A stretch of 64,000 nucleotides of DNA from an uncultured Candidatus Rokubacteria bacterium (GTDB lineage Bacteria > Methylomirabilota > Methylomirabilia > Rokubacteriales > DASRDR01): assembly GCA_963826115.1 (NCBI GenBank), contig CAWGVS010000010.1:96001-160000 (forward strand), read 5' to 3'. Position numbers and translations under genes: made by a program. The notes below the pieces were generated by a model that did not search any database, had not been told where the DNA came from, and saw nothing but the letters and a program-made list of their open reading frames with translations. Numbering within the stretch: the first letter of the stretch is position 1; each line of letters begins with the position of its first letter. This document shows, one piece after another, positions 58,003-64,000 of the stretch.

Positions 58003-61000
58003 ATGACGGCCCACAAGGTTCCACCGGGATGGACGGGCGAGCGGTATGTCCCTGAGATCGGTGGGAACATCCGCTTCGAGCACCTGCACCGGTACCTCAT
58101 CGCCAGAGAGTTATCCCGGAACAAGCGTGTTCTCGACATCGCGTGCGGCGAAGGGTACGGCGCGGCGATTCTCGCTTCCGTCGCGTCGCACGTGGTCGGA
58201 GTCGATATTGCCGGCGACGTCGTGGCGCAAGCGTCTTCCGCGTACGCCGCTCCGAATGTCGAGTTCATCGAGGGATCGTGTGAGGCGATCCCATTGCCAG
58301 ATCACGCCGTCGACGTCGTGGTGAGTTTCGAAACGATCGAACACGTTGGCGATCACCAGGGCATGATGCGCGACATTCGCCGGGTTCTGCGCCCCGGCGG
58401 ACTACTGGTGATGTCGAGCCCGGATCGTTGCGAGTACTCGGACGCGATCGGCACCCGGAACCCGTTTCACGTCAAAGAGCTCGATCGCGAGGAGCTCGAA
58501 CGCCTGTTGCGATCATATTTCTCGAACGTGGCTCTGGCCGGTCAGCGCATTCAGGGCGGATCGATCGTGGGCCCTCTCGACGAATCGACCAGGAGCCGAT
58601 TCGTGAGCTTTCCTTCTGCGGACTCGAACGCGACCGGTGTGCGGGGAATGCACGCGCCCGTCTATCTCCTCGCGCTGGCCTCTGATGAAGGGCTTCCGGC
58701 CATGCCCGTCGGACTGCTTGATGGCGGCGCGTTCACGTGGCAGTCGAACCTCGAGGAATTGTTGTCGCAGGCTCACGCTCAATGCGCCGTTGAGATCGGC
58801 AGACGTCTCGGCGATGTTGTCCGGCTCGGAGGGGCCACCACCGAGACCATCCGCGCGGAGTTCATTCGGCAGGTCGATCGAGTCTCAGCGCTGTCACACG
58901 CAACCTCGGAGGTCCGCGGCGCCCTCGCGGCCGCACACAGCGAACTGGCGGCCGCCCGCGAGCATGGGCGTCGGTTGGAAGAGCACGTCGCCGAGTTGGC
59001 GTTTCGACTGGATATCTTGGAACAGAGCCATTCATGGCGGCTCACCGCGCCATTTCGAGCCGCCCGTCGCGTCCTGGCAACGGCAATGCGTCGCGTTCGA
59101 TCGCGCCCCCGTCTACCTCTCGATGGTCCCACGTCTCCCAAGCACGAGCCAGCTCCTGTCGCCAAAACCGTCGAGCAGCGTTCCGCCAACGCAAACCGAC
59201 CGTCAATCGTGTGCGTCTCTCACGACGCGCACCTCCATGGAGCTCAGCTGATTGCCCTGAATCTGGTGCGCGTCCTGGAACGCACGCTGAACTACGACGT
59301 GCACGTCATCATGTACGGTCCGGGTCTCCTGATGCCGGAGTTTGAGGCGGTGTCCCAGGTGTACGATTTCGCGCGTCCGGCGCTGACCCGGGAAGACAAG
59401 CTTGCCGTCGTCCGTGAGCTGTTTGCGCGCGGCGCCCGTATCGCCATCTGCAATACCTCGGTCGTGGGCGAGGCGGTGGAGTTGTTCAAGAGTGCCGGGT
59501 TGTCGGTCGTGTCGCTGGTCCACGAGCTCCCGCAGACCATTCGAGAGCTTTCCCTGCAAGAGTCTGTCGAGCGCATCGCGACTCACGCCGATCACGTCGT
59601 GTTTCCCGCCGACATGGTGAGGGACACCTTCAGGTCGCTTGTCGATCTGCCCTTGACGCGTTGCGTCGTTCAACCGCAAGGTTTGTTCGCCCCGAGCGCG
59701 TACTTTGGGCGGCGAGACGCGGCCAGGCGAGAACTACGGGCTCGGCTTGGGCTGCCCGCCAGCGCCCGAATCGTGCTCGGTGTGGGCTTTGCGGATCAAC
59801 GGAAGGGCATCGACTGGTTCGTTCAGGCGGGCCTCCGCGTCATCGCTCGGCGAGACGATGTCGTTTTCGTGTGGGTCGGGGCCCAGGAGCCGTCGGCGTT
59901 CGCGACGGTCCGCGCCCGCCTGGACAGTGCGGGATCGAATGCACGCTTTCTGTTTCCCGGGCCGATCAGAGATGCCCAGCTCTTCTATGCCGGCGCCGAT
60001 GCGTATCTGATGACGTCACGCGAAGACCCGTTTCCGAGTGTGATACTCGAAGCGCTGGACGCCGGGCTTCCGGTGATTGGATTCGAGGGCGCGGGCGGTT
60101 TTGCCGAGCTGCTTCGACGCGGCTGCGGCGTCCTGGTTCCGTTCGGCGACACCAGCGAAATGGCGGCCGCTCTGCTGCGACTGCTCGACTCTCCCGCCGA
60201 AGGCAACGACTTCGCGAGAGTGGGCCGCGAGATCCTCGCGCGGGAGTTCTCATACGTGAACTACGCGCGAGTTCTCGTCGAGCTGGTCTCGGCCCGCAGG
60301 CCGAAGGTGTCTGTCGTCGTGCCGAACTACAACTACGCACGGCACCTTCCGGCGCGACTCAAGTCGATCGTCCGGCAGACGTATCCGCCGCATGAAATCA
60401 TCTTCCTCGACGATTGCTCGAGCGACGACAGCGTCGACGTCGCGACGCCCATTCTGCACGCGTCAGGGCTGTCCTATCGCATCATCACCAACGTGGCGAA
60501 TCAGGGAACGTACCGCCAGTGGCTGCGGGGAATGCGCGAGGCGACCGGTGATCTGATCTGGATCGCCGAGGCAGACGACGACTGCGCCCCTGAGCTGCTG
60601 GAGCGGCTGGTGCCGCAGTTCGAGCGTCCCGACGTGATGCTGGCGTACTGCCAGTCCCGGCCGATCGACGAGCAGGGACGCGAGATCGCGCCGGACTACC
60701 TCGCGCATACCGCTGACATCAGCGACACGAAGTGGCGTCGAGCGTACGTTCGACCTGGGCTCGACGAGATCACCGACACGTTGGTCGTGAAGAACACCAT
60801 CCCGAATGTCAGTGCGGTTCTGATGCGCCCCCCCGACCTATCCGGAATCGAACAGCAACTGCTCGGCCTCAGAAACACCGGCGACTGGCTGGTGTACGTC
60901 CACATTCTCGAACAGGGGAGCATCGCCTTCGTGGCAGAGGCCCTGAACTTCCATCGCCGCCATTCCGCGAGCGTCACGATCGGGCACGGCGGTCTCAACC

Positions 61001-61188
61001 TGATGCGAGAAACCCTGATCGTGCAGCAGCACGTGCTCCATCGCCATGGGATTTCGCCGGACGTCGAGACGAAGCGCCAAGCCAGCCTCCAGGCGACCTA
61101 CGAGATTCTAGGCCTTCACGCCGAGGGCCCGCCATCCTACAGGGATCACGACTCCCTAAGGATGGCCGATCCAACGTCGACCGGGTAA
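58003..61188 (+). CDS. SAM methyltransferase-coiled coil-GT4-GT2 fusion (surface glycan synthase/terminator)
   Basis: EHLHRY, VLDIACGEGYG, SFETIEH; coiled coil ending SHSWRLTAPFR; GT4 (RKGID, SREDPFPSVILEA); GT2 (VSVVVPNYN, DDCSSD, AEADD). Confidence 0.9.
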   Translation: MTAHKVPPGWTGERYVPEIGGNIRFEHLHRYLIARELSRNKRVLDIACGEGYGAAILASVASHVVGVDIAGDVVAQASSAYAAPNVEFIEGSCEAIPLPDHAVDVVVSFETIEHVGDHQGMMRDIRRVLRPGGLLVMSSPDRCEYSDAIGTRNPFHVKELDREELERLLRSYFSNVALAGQRIQGGSIVGPLDESTRSRFVSFPSADSNATGVRGMHAPVYLLALASDEGLPAMPVGLLDGGAFTWQSNLEELLSQAHAQCAVEIGRRLGDVVRLGGATTETIRAEFIRQVDRVSALSHATSEVRGALAAAHSELAAAREHGRRLEEHVAELAFRLDILEQSHSWRLTAPFRAARRVLATAMRRVRSRPRLPLDGPTSPKHEPAPVAKTVEQRSANANRPSIVCVSHDAHLHGAQLIALNLVRVLERTLNYDVHVIMYGPGLLMPEFEAVSQVYDFARPALTREDKLAVVRELFARGARIAICNTSVVGEAVELFKSAGLSVVSLVHELPQTIRELSLQESVERIATHADHVVFPADMVRDTFRSLVDLPLTRCVVQPQGLFAPSAYFGRRDAARRELRARLGLPASARIVLGVGFADQRKGIDWFVQAGLRVIARRDDVVFVWVGAQEPSAFATVRARLDSAGSNARFLFPGPIRDAQLFYAGADAYLMTSREDPFPSVILEALDAGLPVIGFEGAGGFAELLRRGCGVLVPFGDTSEMAAALLRLLDSPAEGNDFARVGREILAREFSYVNYARVLVELVSARRPKVSVVVPNYNYARHLPARLKSIVRQTYPPHEIIFLDDCSSDDSVDVATPILHASGLSYRIITNVANQGTYRQWLRGMREATGDLIWIAEADDDCAPELLERLVPQFERPDVMLAYCQSRPIDEQGREIAPDYLAHTADISDTKWRRAYVRPGLDEITDTLVVKNTIPNVSAVLMRPPDLSGIEQQLLGLRNTGDWLVYVHILEQGSIAFVAEALNFHRRHSASVTIGHGGLNLMRETLIVQQHVLHRHGISPDVETKRQASLQATYEILGLHAEGPPSYRDHDSLRMADPTSTG

Positions 61189-61321
61189 CGCGGCCAGCAG
61201 GCGTCCCGTGGACCACGCCCAGTTCATAGCGTGTGGACCGCGCCCGGGAGCTCAGCGTGGCCATGGCAGGCAGCGTACACGCGTTGGCTTCGATGCCGGA
61301 GCCTCTGCCCAGTTCGTCGGC

Positions 61322-62356
61322 TCAGGTCGCGCGCGCGATGACGTGGAACCGGTCTGCGCGACCGGCCAGCGCCGCAATGCGCGCCGGAGGGCGCAGCACG
61401 GACGTCAGGACAGGGCGCACCATCATCCCGCTCGCGCTCGTATCGTCGAGGACTCCGAGTCCACGCAAGAGGTAGCCCAGGCTTCTGGCCGTGTCCTTGG
61501 TGAGTACCTCGTCGTACGTGCTCACTTGGCTGAAGCCCGTGAGCGCCAGCAGGCGGCGCAGCGTGTCCGGAGAGTACAGGATGACGTGTCGCGGGCATTC
61601 GAGCGGGAACCAGTTGTGCCGGAAGAGGCGGAACGCGAGACTCCTCGCGTTCGGCGTGGCCACGTGCAGCCGTCCGCCCGGGCGCAGGACGCGGCGTAGC
61701 TCCGTCAGCACCGTCCGTGGATGGTAGAGATGCTCGATGACGTGGTTCATCCGTACGACGTCGACCGACCCAGCCGGCAGGGCGCGCCAGAACTCCGGGG
61801 AGGCCAGCGACGCGCGGTGGCCCGCCCGCCGCACCGACTCGACGACGGCGGGCAGGAAATCGACGCCGAGGGTTTGCCAACCCCGCCGCCTGGCTTCGTT
61901 CAGGAATGCGGCCGACCCGCAGCCGAAATCGAGCACCATCGCGGCCGTTCGGTCCGGCGTATACACGGCGTCGAGCAGCGCGGGCAGCGGATCCGGGTAG
62001 CGCCGCGTGATCGCGGCGTCGATACGATTCGCGATCCGCCGGACCAGGCGGGTGAGAACCGCCCTTCCGTCGGCACGATCCGTCGGCCCCCCTTCCGTTA
62101 TCGCAGTGTCCCCGGAGCGGGGGAGACCGTCTGCGCCTTCGAACGGGCCGTAGTCGTCGTAGTAGTATTCCTCGATGCGCAACTCGTCGGGCCGTAGGGA
62201 TTGGTAGACCGCGCCGCAGCCATGACACTGCGAGTACACGAACATCCGCGCGTTCCGGCGGTGCCGCTGGTCACGGGCTCTGCAGATCGTCCGGCGCCGT
62301 TCGCTGTCGCACAGCGGACAGCGGGCCACGGACTCGATTGCGATGACGGTGGGCAT
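61322..62356 (-). CDS. class I SAM-dependent methyltransferase with N-terminal Zn motif
   Basis: CPLC...CHGC, VLDFGCGSA, NHVIEHL, LRPGG, ATPN. Confidence 0.85.
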   Translation of the reverse strand: MPTVIAIESVARCPLCDSERRRTICRARDQRHRRNARMFVYSQCHGCGAVYQSLRPDELRIEEYYYDDYGPFEGADGLPRSGDTAITEGGPTDRADGRAVLTRLVRRIANRIDAAITRRYPDPLPALLDAVYTPDRTAAMVLDFGCGSAAFLNEARRRGWQTLGVDFLPAVVESVRRAGHRASLASPEFWRALPAGSVDVVRMNHVIEHLYHPRTVLTELRRVLRPGGRLHVATPNARSLAFRLFRHNWFPLECPRHVILYSPDTLRRLLALTGFSQVSTYDEVLTKDTARSLGYLLRGLGVLDDTSASGMMVRPVLTSVLRPPARIAALAGRADRFHVIARAT

Positions 62357-62428
62357 GGCCATCCCCGGAGTCCGCGCTGCCCCCGTGCCGCCGGTCCCCT
62401 CTGTCGAATCGGGCAAGGCTGATCGATA

Positions 62429-63565
62429 GTGCGCAGCCCCAACATCAGGTACGTCAGCGGCGTCGATCACCTGCGAGCGTACGCTGCGATACTGGTTCTT
62501 TTTTATCACGGCATGCTGCTGATCGGCCAGCGGCAGGTGTATGGTAGACGTGTCGAGGAGGCGTGGTTCGAGACCGGCAATCCGTTGCTGGCCGTCGTCT
62601 ACGAAGGGCACTCGGCCGTCGGGTTGTTCCTGGTGCTGAGCGGCTTCATTTTCGCCTACGGAAACCGGCGCGACGACGTCTCGTGGTCGGGCTTCATGAA
62701 GAACCGGGTGTTGCGCATCGCGCCGCTCGCGGTGGTGTTGATGGTCGTGGGGACCTACGCGTTTCCGTCGTCGTTCAATCTCGTCGGTCTGCTCCAGCAT
62801 GTCGCCCTGATGTCGAACCTGCCCGGCGCGACCCCGCTGGGGCCCTTCGGCGTGCTCTTCTGGACGATCGCCGTCGAGTTTCAGTTCTACCTGATCTTCC
62901 CGTTCCTCCTCCCGTTCGTGCGCGATCGGGGCCCGCGCTACGGGGTGGCGCTCATCGGGTTGGCGATCCTGTTGCGATGCGTCGCCGTGTTGCACGGCGC
63001 AAACCCTCGCGACCTGTCGTACTGGTCGATCGTCGGCCGCATCGATCAGTTCATGCTCGGGATCCTGCTCGGACTGTACGGTCCAGTGGTGCCATCGCGC
63101 ACCGCGACGGCGAGGATCGGGATGTTCGCCGGATCGGCGGTCCTTGTCGTTGCGACGCTCTTTGCGTTTCACCGCGCCGGAGGCTGGCCGGTCGTTGCCT
63201 GGTGGAAGATCGCCTGGCCGACCCTCGAGGGTCTGATGTGGGCGGTCTTCGTCGCCGCCTACCTCCAAGTCTCGGCGCTGTTGCCCGGCCGGTTGTCGAC
63301 CGTGCTCTGCTCGCTCGGTTCGACGACGTTCTCGATCTACCTGCTCCACCGGGTCGTCATCGACACGATGACGCTCCGGAGCTGGTTGATCCCGTTGTCG
63401 GTCGTCGGCGGCACGCTCAACCATCTGCTGAACGTGCTCGTGATCGTGACACCGATCTCGATCGGGCTGTCGTACCTGACGTTTACCCTCATCGAGAAGC
63501 CATTCCTCGAGCGGCGCGTTCGCTACAAGAAACAACCCGTGGCCGCGGTGTCACAGGTCGTCTGA
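62429..63565 (+). CDS. acyltransferase 3 (OafA-like O-acyltransferase)
   Basis: VDHLRAYAAILVLFYH, VGLFLVLSGF, NRVLRIAP, WTIAVEFQFY, SIYLLH, IEKPF. Confidence 0.9.
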   Translation: MRSPNIRYVSGVDHLRAYAAILVLFYHGMLLIGQRQVYGRRVEEAWFETGNPLLAVVYEGHSAVGLFLVLSGFIFAYGNRRDDVSWSGFMKNRVLRIAPLAVVLMVVGTYAFPSSFNLVGLLQHVALMSNLPGATPLGPFGVLFWTIAVEFQFYLIFPFLLPFVRDRGPRYGVALIGLAILLRCVAVLHGANPRDLSYWSIVGRIDQFMLGILLGLYGPVVPSRTATARIGMFAGSAVLVVATLFAFHRAGGWPVVAWWKIAWPTLEGLMWAVFVAAYLQVSALLPGRLSTVLCSLGSTTFSIYLLHRVVIDTMTLRSWLIPLSVVGGTLNHLLNVLVIVTPISIGLSYLTFTLIEKPFLERRVRYKKQPVAAVSQVV

Positions 63566-63593
63566 TCATGCACGCTGGCTGCCGAACGTCGCG

Positions 63594-64000
63594 ATGATCT
63601 TCCTGTCGGAATGGGCCCGTCGGTTCGATCCCGCCGCGAGCCAGTGGCTGATCCTGGGCAAGGGTCCGTCGTTCGCCCGACTTCGAAACTACGATCTCGG
63701 CCGCTACCGGACCGCGTCCCTCAACCACGTCGTCCGGGAGCTGCCGGTCGACGTCGCCCACTTCATCGACCTCGAAGCGCTGGCGACCTGCGCCGACTCG
63801 GTCATCCGCAACGCCCGCTGGCTTCTCGTCCCACGGCAACCGCACGTTCAATTTCATCCGTCGCTGCGCCCGATCGAGGAGTACTTCGCCGAGGTTCCCG
63901 TGCTCGCGGAGATGAGCCGGGCCGGCCGACTCGTTTGCTATCACCACGAGGTGCCCTGGTCGCGAGCGGCCGGAGTGCCGGTGCCACCGGGCGAGCAGCG
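63594..64000 (+). CDS. partial glycosyltransferase-like protein (runs off the window)
   Basis: MIFLSEW...WLILGKGPSF...SLNHVV...AHFID, reminiscent of DUF115/Maf-type folds; located in a glycan locus. Confidence 0.5.
   Translation, partial: MIFLSEWARRFDPAASQWLILGKGPSFARLRNYDLGRYRTASLNHVVRELPVDVAHFIDLEALATCADSVIRNARWLLVPRQPHVQFHPSLRPIEEYFAEVPVLAEMSRAGRLVCYHHEVPWSRAAGVPVPPGEQ

Overview
Very GC-rich bacterial DNA. The gene mix resembles Candidatus Rokubacteria/Methylomirabilota, but that is an inference only. The window has three parts. (1) About 0.2-41.1 kb is a general-stress/dormancy island: gvpJ-gvpA coupled to a PAS histidine kinase and response regulator, MscS, an orphan Pup-ligase pafA, an EncFtn-type ferritin lacking a cargo peptide, glgX/treY/treZ/debranching enzymes, CsbD, BON, DUF883, DUF3618, DUF3309, DUF1328, a DksA/TraR variant, an Fe/Mn SOD and many unannotated small proteins. 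Reading the intergenic DNA shows at least 19 sigma-54 (-24 GG-N10-GC -12) promoters and 13 tandem copies of a 13-bp palindrome (consensus CGACA-N3-TGTCG), always 19 bp apart start to start. A HAMP kinase plus NtrC-family activator lies in the middle, and its own promoter overlaps one of these tandem sites. This points to a self-contained sigma-54 general-stress regulon, in which six genes start only 14-16 nt after the -12 element (apparently leaderless or nearly so). (2) About 41.2-57.7 kb holds catabolic and transport genes (LLM oxidoreductase, CoA ligases, TRAP transporter, amidohydrolase, two MetE-like genes). (3) From about 57.8 kb, a more AT-rich surface-glycan locus begins with a methyltransferase-coiled coil-GT4-GT2 fusion. 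Many single-base frameshifts, densest at 34.7-38.2 kb, look like long-read consensus errors.
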